64,000 bases of DNA from Octopus bimaculoides (GCF_001194135.2 NC_069004.1:2008388-2072387), one strand, 5' to 3'; shown: positions 35,814 to 49,949, counted from the stretch's first letter. A program made the numbers and translations. Notes: generated from the sequence alone by a model not told the origin.

Positions 35814-38334
35814 AGTTTGAAAGAAACTACCTCATCTGTGAGTCAGACCAGACAATGAACTGGTGAACCATTCTACACCAGGAGAAAACCAGAATTTATC
35901 ATACTGCTGCTGACACTGAAAGTTGATCTAAATCCTAATTTCTATCAATAACCTCAATCTGTTATCTGGTTCATTATCAAGAAAAAGAAAAAAAAAATCT
36001 TCAGCATAACAAAACAATGTTTGAGAAATGCAATTTCTTTATCAGTTCAGAATTGCCTATATATGGTATCTGGCACTGATGAGAAGCTAACTACTTTGAA
36101 ATACATGTAGCCACCAGCCTGACAGGTGGGCAGGAAAAGCTCTGAACTGACCATGAATTTTTTTTTTTTTTGCCTCCAGTAAGAATATTTCTTCATAAAC
36201 AAACTCTATTGATAAAACTTTTTATGGGTTCCAATAGCTCTCAGACATTAGAACTGGTTTCAAGTTTATTTTCTTCTCGGTCACTGCTTAGCACATCTAC
36301 TCGGCAGGAGTTTATTAAGGTTTATAAATTTATATAATAAAATAAGAGAAAATTTATAAAACATACAATTTCCAAGGATCTCACGTTCATCTTGTTTACC
36401 TCAAATTTACCAAACTAACACAAATGTAATAGGAAGAAATTGTCAAGGCTGAATTTAATTATAACAGAACACAAATATCAAAGGACAGAAATAATCAGCG
36501 AGATTTGATAATCTTGTTTGCTTTACTTTATGACTCAAAGAGTACAGAAACTATTGACCTTTTTTATCTTACGTTTCACTCATTAGGAAATAGGATTATC
36601 TCCTTTTATTCATCATTAGCTATGAACAAAAAAAAAAAAGTAGGCATGGCTGTGTGGTTATGAAGTTTTGGTTTGCAATCATGTGATTCCAGGTTCACTT
36701 CTACTACATGGCACTTTCGGGAAGTGTCTCATACAACAGCCTGAGTAGACCAATGTCTTGTGAGTGAAGTTGGTAGAAGGAAACTGTGTGGAAGCCTATC
36801 ATATCGTGTGTGCGTGCATGTGTGTGTTTCTGTCTGTTTGTCCCCCATATCTCACTTGACAACTGGTGTTGGTTTGTTTATAGCCCCATAACTGAGCAGC
36901 TTGGCAACAGAGACCAATAGGCTAAGTACCAGACTTTGAAAGAAAATAAATAAGTACTGGGGGGTTGATTTATTTGACTAAACTCTTCAAGGTGACACTT
37001 CAGCACGGCTGCAGTCCAATGACTGCAGCAAGTAAAAGATAAAAAGATAAATATGGCTAACAAAATAATAACAAAAAAAACAAAAACAACAACTCTAAAA
37101 CCAAAATAATATAAGATATTATGAACACCAATTTTGAGAGACAAAAGAGCAATTGGCACAACGAATGGAATCCAGACACACATATATAATAACTACTGCC
37201 TGCTAGTTGACATTACACCAAACAGAGTGTCTGTGATTCCCTCCTCCCAAATTACGCACTATACAAATGCTTTTCTTGGCTCATTTGCGGTTGCCGAATT
37301 TTCCTGTGGAGATAAAATATCAAAGAAAAAAGAAGAAAAAAAAAGGAAAGGAAAAGAAACATAACGAGAACACTAACCAATTCGAGAAGACGAGTGGCAG
37401 GCATAATAGAGGCGAATCAAATTATGAGGAAGCGCAAATTAGTATGTCATCAGGAAAGGAGATCTGTTGGTAAAAATTAAGCCTCTAACTTCTTTAACCC
37501 TCTATCTTTTATCTCTTCTGTTTGCTTTAGTCATTGGATGGCAGCCTTGATGGGGTGCTGCCTTGAAAGCTTCTAGTTGAACAGATCAACCCCCAGTGTA
37601 TACTTTTCTATTAGTCTCCTTTCTCAAACCCACACTGGTTTGTCAAGTGGTGGTGGTGGTGGGACAAGCAATGGCCACCACATTCATAGCCTCTCCAATT
37701 ATCTTAATTCCCATCCCATCTGACATTACATTCTCGTAACACATTTCTTTCATAATCCTTTCTCAACCTCACCCTAAATTTCAGATCTCCCTCTCTCACA
37801 AATCAATCACAGCTAACGCCATTCATAGATAGACTCCACAACACACTCAAATAATCTATGCTTGGCATACATTCACGCTACATGCTGTACGTTAAATTTT
37901 CCAATTGCAAGCAGATTATTACCACCACCACCACCATCCCCATCACCACACATCACTTTACTTCTGAAACTGTTCTCAATCAAATTCAAAAGCTGGGCTA
38001 AAAATCAGTTTATTTGTTAAGATTACTTGATGTATGCTTGTACATATTAAAATGAACTCAGATAAGCATGTAAGCATGATATAAAAATGAAAAAAAAAAA
38101 AAAAAGGATTGATGTGAAATTACAAACCATCACTTATCTCAAAAGAAAAAAAACAAACATACAAAAGAACTAGAACTAAAACAAGATAAGAGTTCAATGC
38201 CTAAACAATGACATCTATAGAGTAGACTCAGCCATATATCAGAGAGGTCAACTGCCAAGACTTCTCTACCCCCACCCTGTTCCCTTTGTGTTGCTGCATG
38301 CAGACAATCAGCCAGGCTCTGCTTTTTGACGTTT

Positions 38335-38600
38335 GTCAGTTCACATACATCTTGCTTTCTTTACCTCTACAATTCCTGTCAGGATGGTCTTGGGCAGTGG
38401 CTCGAGGTGCAATGTGTGTCCAAAATAGGAGAGCTTTGTAGACTTAATTCTCAACAAAAGGTGTCCTTGGACTTTTTGCTTTTCTAACACTTCAGTATTT
38501 GCTACCCTGTCTTCCCAGCTTCTTCTGTCCAATCTACAAAAGATCCACACCTCAAAGGCCTTCCATCTTCTCCACTGCCGTGTGCATAGTCCAAGCTTAA
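38335..38600 (-). mobile_element. RTE-like LINE remnant
   Basis: ORF 38341-38550 contains RSWEDRVANTEVLEK...KLSYFGHT...ILTGIVEVKKAR. Confidence 0.8.
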
Positions 38601-40526
38601 AATAATAAAATCCTCAATTTGATAAACAGGACAGAAATAAGGGGAGGAAAATCCAGATGTAAAACAATGTTTTATCATCGTCGTCGTCGTCATTGCTTTA
38701 ACATTCCCTTATCCAGGTTTGCATGGGTTAGGGGGGAATTTGTTGAGGCAGGTTTTCTACAGCTGGAGGCTCATCCTGTTGCTAAACTTCATCTGTTTCT
38801 AAGCAAAGTAATATTTCCCCACAGCCAGACATATTTTTCACAGGAAGACTGGAAATGAACAAAACTGCTTGTCTGATTGTGATGCTCATTTACAACAATC
38901 ATATGATGTCAAGACCAGAGGACACAGACACGGACATGGATGGACAGGGACACACACACACAAACAAGCTTCTTCCCCTTTTCATCTACCAAATCTACTC
39001 ACAAGGCTTTAGTCATCCCAGGGATATAGCAGAAGACATTTGCCCAAGGTGCCACACAGTTGGGGCACCACCTTGAAGGACTTTAGTTGACCAAGTCAAC
39101 CCTAGTACTTATCCTATTGGTCTCATACCAAACTGCTAAGTTATAGGATGTATACAAACCAACACTGGTTAAAGAATGTTGGAGGACAAACACACACACA
39201 CACACAAAATGGGGTTTTTTTTTCACTTTCCAACAACCAAATCCATTCACAAGTGGTGGTTGTGGTTGTGGTGGCTATAAGAGAAGACATTGTCCAAGGT
39301 ACCACAAAGTGGGACTGAAAACCTGAAACCATGTGGCTGGGAAGTAGTCTTCTTACCACAAGGTCACGCCTGTAACTATTCTCTATAAATAGAGAATGAA
39401 AAGAAAGACCCGACAAAAGCTTCATAATTTAACCTGTAAGACTGTGTGGTCAGTATCTAATAGTTTTTTTTGTGACTAAAATAGTTCAGATGGCCTTATT
39501 TTCCGTTTGAAGCTATTTTAAAAATAAACTTTCCCAAAATAGAAAATTAGGTGAAGAATAGTTCTCAAAACAACTTGCAGATCACAATTGTAAAAGAAAG
39601 CAGGTTTCTTTTTTTTTTTTTTTTTTTTTCTTTCCAAGAAATAACACACTGATACATGAACACAAATCAGTATGATTATTATTATTATTATTATTAAACC
39701 TCAACACCTTATGTCTGTCTTTGTGTTGTCCCCCTCATCCTTCACCCCAATGGCAAATAAAAGAAATCATCATCATCATCATCAGTAGTAGTGGTTGTAG
39801 CCAAACACTTGTTTAGGTTTATTTCTCTTTCCCCCCAAATCGAAGAGGTATAGGGGTAGAGATATATGAAGCTACTACTACTACTACTACTACTACCAAT
39901 CACAGAATCAGATATTTGTGTTATTATTAAGAGGCATTATTAATCCACTTGTTTTAATCTGTCTAGCTGGAAAAACACACAAAGCTGATATTTTATCAAT
40001 TGCTGGAGCTAACAGCAATTCATACCAAATAAGTACATTATCCAATAAAATATCTTTCCCTTAGCCAAAGGGGGCTGATAGAGGCTCCACTCACTCAAGT
40101 ACACATTTATGCCTAACTCCACCCCATCCCACCCCTTTTTTTTTTAATAGAAAGCCGGTTGCTTCAAGAGAAGTTCTAACTCAAAACATTTAAGTACCAT
40201 TTCATAGAAAACAACACAGCATATACTAAAAAGAAAACGAATATAATGGTCTCAAGTTCATATTTCATGGCATATTTGAGCAGTAATCCATGCAATTTAT
40301 TCACATCATGTTGTTGTTGGTTATCTAAGTCTAACATAATGAAACTGGAACTGATTATGAATCGTTTACAGACCATCTCGTTTAGGTGCAGACGTGCTAT
40401 CTGATAAGAACATACCAAACAAGAGTGAGTGTATTAGTTACACTACAACCATGTTCTATTATTCTGTTAGTTGTCTTAGCTGTTTGGTCTGAGGTCATAA
40501 GGGACACCACCCTGAAAGGCTTACTC

Positions 40527-40638
40527 CAGGGGTCTCCAAAGTGGTTGATATCAACCCCCTGGGACTATTCAAGGGGTCAATAAATGGGTTGAGTATTCCA
40601 TGAATGGGTCGATGGTCTAAAAAGTTTGGGGACCCCTG
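40527..40638. mobile_element. 112-bp hAT-type MITE
   Basis: TIRs CAGGGGTCTCCAAAGT / AGTTTGGGGACCCCTG, with an 8-bp target duplication gcttactc / gtttactc (7 of 8 matching). Confidence 0.88.
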
Positions 40639-41359
40639 GTTTACTCAGTCATTTTCAAGACACAGGAATGGCTGTGTGGTTTCAGAAGCTAGCTTCCCAA
40701 CCATGTTGTCTCGGCCCTACTGTGCAGCACCTGTGTTATAACAGAAGCGTCTTCTATTATAGCACCAGGTCGACCAATGCCTTGCGAGTCGGAGTTGGTA
40801 AATGAAAACCGAAAGAAGCCTGTTGCACATGTGCATGTGCATGTGCAGGCATGGCTGCTATCATAAAAAAGTTTACTTCCCAACTGGTACTTATTTTGTC
40901 GCTTTTGCTGAACTGCTAAGTTACAGGGACATAACCAAACCAATACTGATCGTCAAGTGGCGGTGGGGGACATACATATATACCTGATACACACATATAC
41001 GATGAGCTTATATGCAGTTTCTGTCCACAGGGCATTGGTCAACCTGGACCTATAATAGAAGACAATTACCCAAGGTGCCATGCAATCGAATTGAACCCGA
41101 AACCATGCAGTTGCAAAAAGGCTTCTTAACTGCCCAGTCATAAAGAGAATAAAAATATTATTTACTAATTAAACTTTGTTTTTTAAATCAGACCTGATTC
41201 TTGAGACTATGGAACTATCAAATTTTTAAATACGTCAACACTTTATGGTCAACTGAAACCTTTATTACTTTAGCTCTTGGTCTTCATGTTGAGTATTCTC
41301 CTTAAGCATGTGAAGTGGCAACTGTCCATTGTGTTTTCTTCCATTTTTGTCACTTCCTA

Positions 41360-41820
41360 GTTTTTACATCCGTAGAGTAATACTGGTTGGACCAATGTCT
41401 TGAACAGCTTCGGTTTTGTGTTTTGTGGCCCATAAACTTTGCTTCTTCATACCTTTGTCTGATTGTAGAATGCTTAAGGAGAATACTCGACATCAAGTGG
41501 CTGCAAAGAATCTGAAATGACACAACCGAGATGACAACAAGCATCAACAGGATCAGTGACAAAGATTCAGATGCTGGAAATGGATCAGAAACGTCCTCAG
41601 GCAAGATCAAGAAAGCGATTCTATGGTGGCACTAAAGTGGCAGCCTGAGGGGAAAAGAGCATCGAGGCACCGTAAAACCACACGGTGAAGGATCATTGAC
41701 AAGGAAAGGAGATGAGAAGAGTGAAGGAATTGGAATGAGACCAAATGAATAGCGGAAAACAGAGCTGGTTGGAAAGATTATGTTGCAGCGTTATGTGCCT
41801 CATGGCATGGAGAGAACCAA
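41360..41820 (+). mobile_element. RTE-like LINE 3' remnant
   Basis: Degenerate KWQPEGKRASR..KTT and RAGWKDYVAALCAYG motifs. Confidence 0.65.
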
Positions 41821-44192
41821 CTCACTTAGCTCATAACAGTATCAAGTTGTAGTTTCTGTAATGCTAGCTTACAATCTAACAGTCATTTTCTCAAGAGTAG
41901 ATTTTCCATTGCACCAAATAATGTACCCTCCTGAAGCTTCTGCCAACTTTTTATTAGTTATCCTGAAACGTGTACATCCTTGTCTCTGATGGGGGGGTTG
42001 GGTTCCAAAAATACATCATAAGAAATGAATCATCTCCACATATTTAGTAAATGGAATGAATGGTAGATTCATTCGACACCAAACTTGCCACCCATAGCAG
42101 CAAAACTTCTATCACATATTTTTCTTGATCATCTCAACATTTTCTTGTGAAGAATTCACTCATCTGCATCATTTTTGATGATCAGGAGCCTTAGAATTTT
42201 CCTGTTCCCTGATCCCAATGTTGATGGGTACAAGAAGATAAACCTGTATAAAAAGAAATACACGGCTTCACAGCACAGTAAACACAAGAGATATAATCAA
42301 TGCGTTCTGGTTAACCAAGCACTATGGGTGCTCAGTGAGGCACATTTCTGCAGAATAAGCAGAATCTTTGACCGATCATTGACCCATGTTACCACAGACC
42401 AATCTGTGATCAGGGTAACATGGATCACAACTGAGTATTCCATGTTATCCCAATTCAGAGATGAATGAATCAGTAATAAACTAGGCTACATGTAGTAGTA
42501 ATTGTTGTTAAGACACGTCTACCTTGATCAAAGAAATTACAATCCTGTCTACATTATCCAATGTACCTTTCCATCCCTATTTGAAGGGTCATAGGTGCAG
42601 GCACAGCCTTTAGGCACTGACGCAGCTGTGTGGTTAAGAAGCTTGCTTCCCAACCATAGAGTTTTAGGTTCAGTTCCACTGAGCAGCACTTTTGGAAAAT
42701 ATCTTCTACTATAACCTTGGGCCAACTAAAGCCTTGTTAGTGAATTTGAGTACAATTTTATTTTATTTTTAATTAAAATAAAAGATAAGCACCACAACTC
42801 TTAGACATGATATAACAGGAATTAAAGAGTTGAAACAAGTGTGAATCCATTTTGGCTGAGTCTGACCATGTGACAAGAGTGATGGGATAATTTTAATCCA
42901 CTGACAGATAACCACTATGGATGTCCTTGTAGGGCACATGATCTTCACGAGAAAACATCTTCACCAGGCTTTGTCTCTCGAAAACAGCTCAGCAGCAGCA
43001 GTCGGTTGACACAAATAAATAAATTAACAAATATCCCACCTGTAGTTCAAATTCATTTCTTCTCTGCCCCCCTTGTTATCAGTAACCAGTGAAATCCAGT
43101 TGCTTTCTCTTCATCCTGGCAAGATATGATTGCTTTGAGATTTTTTTTTTTTTTCACAGAAAATGTATTTTTTGAAATTTATGTAAAATTTATGTGAAAT
43201 CCATAGCATGAAATTTATTATTTTAAAATAAATGACATGAATGCCAATGTAGAACAAAACAAATTATATAACACCAAGTTCTAGTGTCAACTTTCATCAA
43301 AACCTAGAATGTATAAATCCTATTTGTATGCCATGTTCCATACTAAAATAGTTCCCTCATCTGCACACATCATCCAATCTCTTTCATATCAACCATTTTC
43401 TCATTATTGTGTAAATTTGAAATGATTATCAAACTAGATCATACCCTGTGCTTTCCTAATCTATAGCTACAGACTGTCTGCAATTTCATTATATATATAA
43501 ATATATATATAGTAAAGCTTATTTGCCAACAGAATGTGGTGGTCCTATAAAGGACGATGTTACTGTTGTTTAAGCCCCAGGAAAACATCTTTTCCAGCTT
43601 CCTGTCAACACAGTCTGTGTCCGTATAGCTTGCGAGGGAGGTCATCACTCCCATCTCCAGCCTTACGTGATACTCACAGACCATGGTTTTTGGGTGGTTA
43701 CCCGTCCTCCGTGTGAGATAATCATATATATATAGAGAGAGATAGCGATAGAGAGAGCAAAATCATTATTACTTTAACAGCCTATATTTCAAATATTGAA
43801 CTTGTATTTTATATCTATCTTGATTAGGCAGTAATCTCATCGTTGGTTATTAGTAAACAATAAATAGCTCAGATCCTATCCCCGTATCAACATATTGTTA
43901 GTTATCTGAGCAGCACTTGCCTTGGTGTACCTAGGTGTTGAGAATAAACACAATAGTATCTAAGATAGACTGTTGTCCAATCAAAACAGAGATTTTTTTT
44001 TTCCTATCATTTAACACCACAAACCAGTTAGTCACCAACTTTGTGAATGCATTTTAAAACATTTAATCACTAAAAATACAAAATAAAAGGTTGGTAAACC
44101 GAAAGGTTATAAATCTCAGAACTTACTCCGGGATAGACAAACAATCGTCTTTGGACCCTATTGTCAATGAAACTTGCGGAGTAACTTGTCAC

Positions 44193-44224
<32 letters not shown>

Positions 44225-47200
44225 ATGCTTCATCAGATCTACTTAATTGCTTAACAGCACAATGAGCTACTACTGCTGCTCTCATTAACAAGTTTATCAA
44301 CACTGACTGCAAGCATTATGCTGGCTTGCCACCGAACAACCACTCCTCAGAATAACATTTCTCATTACAACATTCAGCTTAACAATTTATTAGTGTTTAT
44401 GCTATAATAAATTTGCGTAACTAGTTCTCACTTGTGTTAATTGCTACAATGGCAAGAGAGCCCGGACCTAATACGGATTCAATTTGGAGATACAAATGTC
44501 CCCAAACCATATTAAGATTTAAATTAGGCAACCACTCATGGCCCCGCCTAAAATCATAGGGGTTTTTCTCCACCCCACCACACCCCTCTAAATCTTCGTG
44601 GATCAAGTTGCATGCTGTGGTGACTAGGGTGACCTATTTACAACACAAAGAATATTATTAGGGGAATGTTGCTAGAGTAATATATACCTCCCTTTACTCA
44701 CAGGTAAAAAGAAGCTTCTATTGCATAAATTGACAGATTGCAAAACCAATACCCCCCACCTTTACTAGGTTACAACAGTTTAGTGAATATACACACGATG
44801 TACATACGCAGATACTGTAACAGATAGTGAGAGCTGCATAAATGGACGGCAATTTCTATAGACATACCTAATTGTCATGGAAACTAATGTAACAAACCCT
44901 AAACACTCCCCATTTACAAATACAGACAGAAACTTGTCTACACATTCCATAACAGACAAGAGACTTGTCTATACAGCACATAACAGGTTTGAGACCTGTA
45001 TACACACCCCACAGCAGAGAAAACCCTGCAGTGTTTTTAGTAAAGATCCTTTTGTTGCAAGTATTCTGACTAGGCGTCTACTTTGGTGATGACTGTCAAT
45101 GCACTGCTTCCAACTGAAGGTTGCCTGGTGAAATGCTACTGTTTACCAGAGGGTACAGGAAGAAAATGTTTTCCAGCAGAAACTTGCTGCCAGGTGGAGT
45201 AAACACCGATACCTGTAGCTGATTCTTTGGGAACCTGCCCTATTAACTGGCACAGAATTCTATATCCATGACTGCCTCAGCAATAACTGGTTTTGAGAAA
45301 CCCACTTACAACCACTGATTTAAAATTGGATTACTTAAAAGGGATCAAAATAATGGTGACAGCTTTCCTCTTTTTCTGAAGCAATTCAAAACAATGAAGT
45401 CAAATTGTCAACATCATTTTAACATCCACTATCCAAGCTTGCATGGGTGGGACAGAATGTCGAGGAGGATTTTCTATGGCTGGACGCCCTTCCTGTTGCT
45501 CATCCTCATCTGTTTGCAACTAAGGTAAATATTTCTCCCATGACCTGATATGTTTTCACAGAAGATTGGAAACAAAAGGCACCTAATGCAGATATTGTCA
45601 TCAGAATGCAAGTAACTGAAACAAACAGTGCCGGACATTGATCTAATGCTCTTATAGTTCTGCCAATCCAACCACTATAATTTCATACATTTTAATCACC
45701 TCCAGAAGGATGATAGGCAAAGATAAACAGAGCAGGATTTGAACTCAGATTACAGAGTACAAACAAATATCACAAGACATTCTATCTGACACTAACAAAT
45801 CTCATACCTTCTGGTATCCAACAATTACAAACAGCACAAACATTTGTAGGATCTCGTTACAATAACTATTTAGCCACACCTTTTTAATTTTACCTGCACA
45901 TGGAGCTACATAAGAAAGCTGAGACACTGTGAAAGAACAAGTCATATAGCTGGAAATGACGTGAAAACTTGAAGCATGAAAATATTGGAACCATTCCAGC
46001 AATATCCTGTATCACACTATCATCATTGTTTTTTATGTCCATTTTCCCAAGCTGGCATGGGTTAGACCCGTTCCAACAACTTGTAACTGGCAGGACTTCC
46101 TGAATGACAAGCCTAATGAAAAATTATCATGAACTGTTTTAGTGTTTTAATAACACACCTTGTCTGATGATGAGCCATATCTCATGTGGCCCACTTCTCA
46201 AAAAAAGTTGCTTGTGTTTAGGCTAGACAAAACTTATGAAGATAGATCTACAACTAGATGTGCTTTTTATCATAAACCTCCATTTGTTTTACAAGTCAGG
46301 CATTTTCAATCAACTACTCCTTACACATTCACTTAAGTATAAGACATTTATTTATTTACTATAGAATTTAAACATCACTTTCCAACCTGTACCCCAACCC
46401 TTATTTTTTTTTTGCATAAGCAGTGTAATACATGAAAACCTGTTAAATCGACATTCTTTGGTCCAGGGAACAAAACTACAATCTTACAATCATGAGTCCA
46501 GTACTCTAACCACTAAGCCATGTGCCTCCACTAATTAACATTTATAAATTACTTTTATAATTATTAAGGAGACAAGCTGGAAGAACTGAGCTTTAGTAGA
46601 AAATGCTTGCCCAAAGTGCCATACAACAGGGCTGAACCTGAAACCATGTGGTTGCAAAAGAAAGCTTCTTAACCACACGGCCACTGATGACAGAAACAAA
46701 AAGAAAAAAAAGTTCTAAGTTTCCTATAAATAAATGGAAACTAGTTTTGTAACACAAAAGAAATCAGGTACCACTAATTGAAATGAAACCATAGTCTCTT
46801 CTTTTGAACTATTAACGATGGCAACAATATGACCAACAACAACAACAGTATGTTAATCAGGTGCTAATTTGAAAGCTTATCTTGACAAGCTATTCTGGTT
46901 TCTTTACACATCAAGTAAGGCAAAGAAAACACACCGAGAAACCAGATTGAAAAGGTCAACGTAGAAATAACAGTGGTCTACTTCTGAAAAGAAGGGGAGG
47001 AAGGGGAGATGTCTCTCTGAACATTCCGGATATTATAAAACTGAATGTCATTGTTGTGAATCATTGAACAAAAGTCGATTTAACAGTCCAATGAGCAACA
47101 CAGGAATTAATAGAACAACACTATCATACTTAGAAAAAACTTGATACTTGAAAGCGACATAGCTTCAGTCGAATTTTGTTTAGCTGAAGACGAGAAAATG

Positions 47201-47484
47201 TATCTTCCAAGAAAGTCATTTGTTTCACTATGAAATGACCAAGACCTCTATAAGGAATCTGTCTGCTGCAGAAAATGGTTCTGCATTTTTTTAAGACAAA
47301 GAAATGGCATTAATGGAAAAGATTAATCTGCCATATCATTGTTGTTGTTTAACTTTTTTATCTTTTATGTGTTCCAGTCATTAGACTGCGGCCATGCTGG
47401 AGCACTGCCTCAACCTTTTAGATGAACAAATGAATCAACCTTAGTACTTCTTTATTAAACCTGATACTTATTCTGTTGGTCTTT

Positions 47485-48022
47485 TTGCTGAACCAACCAC
47501 ACCCAGTCCAAATATTCTATTTATTTTATGTTCAAACTAGCTGAGTCTGGCTTCTCATACCTGCTCTACAATGTCATTCCATAAATAAATTAATCCCATC
47601 ATCGAAATCTTGAAGCTACAAAATAATGTATGATTTATTTAAAACAATATGAATACATAAACATTACATTCAACAGAGTAAGCTGAATGCTAAAGGGTCG
47701 GCACATTTTGGCTGAGTATCCTACAGACACATGTACCTTTAATGTATTTCTCAGACCAAATCAGCAAGACATCAATATTACAAGGCCAGGGCTTTATCTA
47801 ACTCTTTGGCATTCAAATTACTCTGTCAAACGCAATACTTATTTATTCACATCGCTTTGAATTAATCATGCATTATCTCGTAGCTTTGAGAGTTTGATGA
47901 TGTGAATTGTTTATTTTTAGAATGACATTGTGGCTGTGAAGGGTTAGATCGTGACAGTTTGAACAATAAAACAAGTAGAATATTTGGGCTGGGTATGTCC
48001 AGTGTAAATGCTAAAAGGTTAA
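47485..48022. mobile_element. Two oppositely oriented copies of a ~225-bp piggyBac-like MITE (47485-47698 and 47799-48022)
   Basis: Termini resemble TTAA|CCCTTTAGCATT...AATGCTAAAGGG|TTAA. Other copies lie at about 9281-9502 and 53520-53642 (partial). Confidence 0.7.
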
Positions 48023-48849
48023 TTTACAGGTAAAATCCAAAGAAAAAGGTAAGAGATAGAAGAATCAATCCTATTACTGGACCAATATTCTATTTTTCAA
48101 GACAAAGATGACCTTGGCAAGATCAGAACTCTTTGTACTTTGTGTTAAAATTCTGGAGGCAATTCTTTCACTCCTTCTTCTACAATATCTCAGCCCAGTT
48201 TCACCAATGTTATACTAACCCATTTCTATTCATTCATTTCACAAACCAACCAACCAACCAACTGAAGCATGAAAGACTAATGTGTTTCTTTGTATTCTGG
48301 TTAACTGTAGTGCTTTTGTTATAGCCATGTGAATGACAACTCTATTCACACACGCAGCTTATATAAATTTTACTCCAGTTTCTTATACTGGAAGACACTA
48401 TATCATACAACAGGTTTTGCTCTGGCATTTTCTTCTTTTTGTTTCAATCAGATCGGTCTCTCACCAACTTTTCTGAGACACAAAACTCTTTGACAGTTCC
48501 AGGATTTCCACACTCTTCAGCATCAATCTCTCACTCTGCCATTAATGCTTGTAGTTTTGCCATTTTTTTTTTCTGTTGGAAACCGAATTAAATTTTCTAA
48601 AACATTTCTGCCGACAAATCTGTGCATAAACAAGGAAGAGGTTTATGAGTAATATACAGACATACAAAACCTGTTTAAGCAATCAAATATCATTTCATAT
48701 CTGACATCACAGGTATAGTCCCAGGGATTTTTTGAAGGGAGGACACAAGGTCAGAAGGAAATACAATTCCTGGAGAAAAAGGCATAATATTATTTAGAAG
48801 GGCACACTTCTTTTCTTGAGGGGGAGGGTACGTGCTCTTCAGCCACCCC

Positions 48850-49444
48850 CCTGTTTGAAAGTGATAAAAATCAAACATCCAGTCAACATCGTGGTGTTTG
48901 GGGTAGTCACTAGTGATGGCGACGTTTTGCCTCCAGTCATCTTCCCACACAGCCTCAGACTTAACACGTGTTTGGGGATAGTGCTGTCCTGGGTCAAGAG
49001 GGTGGCTGCTGGAAGACCCTATGTCTGGCCACAGGACTCTGCACCATGCCACACAAGCAGGAGAATCCAGTCGTGGCTGTCAGACAATTTCTGTGACCAC
49101 ATCGCTCTTAACTCCCCAGACTGCAACGCCCTTCGTTATTATGTGTGGGGCGCAGTTGAGGGAGAGACCAACAAAACTCCTTGCAACACCAAAGATGAAC
49201 TGAAGGCAAGGATTATGGCAGCATTCACCAACTTAAACAAGGAGACCGTCCAGAAGAGTTGCAGGAGATTCTGAAGTCGTCTGGAGACTGTGGTTGAAGC
49301 TAATGGCAATTTTATTGAATAAATTTACTCTTTAGTATTTCAAGATATTTTTTATGTAACTTTGGTAAAGATATGTTAAAATAAAATGTCAGTGTTATTT
49401 CCATTTTTGCATAATTTAGACGACAATTTATTCACCGCACCCTA
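48850..49444 (+). mobile_element. 5'-truncated Tc1/mariner (maT/DD37D-like) transposase remnant with right terminus
   Basis: ORF 48816-49274 contains KHPVNIVVFGVVTSDG, WPQDSAPCHTS and NSPDCNALRYYVWG. The third catalytic Asp appears replaced and the spacer appears deleted. The right end is ...ttcaccgcaccc followed by TATA. Confidence 0.88.
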
Positions 49445-49949
49445 TATATGTGTGTGAGAGAGAGTGTGTGTTTGTTTTTTACCCCACCATTGCCTGACAA
49501 CCAGTGTTGGTTTGTTTACATCCCTGTAACTTAGCAGTTTGGTAAATGAGACCAATAAAATATGCATCAGACTTCCAAAATAAGTACTGAAGTCAAAGTA
49601 GTGCCCCAGCATGACCAAAGTCCAACTAAAACAAGTAAAATATGACAGATAGATTTGACTTAAAATTTTTTAAAAAACCACGACCTAAATCCTTTTTCTA
49701 GACAACAAGGATCACAAAGTACAGGAAATTTTAAAATGATTAGCTTTGATTTCAATCACGAGATTAATTTTTTGGTTTTTTTTTCGCATATTAATATGAA
49801 TGCAAGGTTCAAGGATTCATTTTATTGTGACATATTTAAACGGCAATTTAATCTATGTAACGAAGCTATCAAGCAGAGCAGTTTGAAAAATTAATTCATT
49901 TCAAAAATACTTGTTATTAGAATTGACAATGCAATTGACGATGTTGACA

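Noticed and set aside
41900-42470. Non-repetitive-looking stretch with faint transposase-like fragments on the - strand
   Set aside because: There are many stops and no motif I can assign with confidence. It needs a translated search against transposon protein libraries.
46164-46190. CTGATGA-tgag-ccatat-ctca hairpin
   Set aside because: There is no GAAA after the stem.
48816-49274. 152-aa ORF as a domesticated host gene
   Set aside because: It is 5'-truncated with no ATG start, the catalytic region is damaged, and the transposon terminus is still attached, so it is an ordinary relic.
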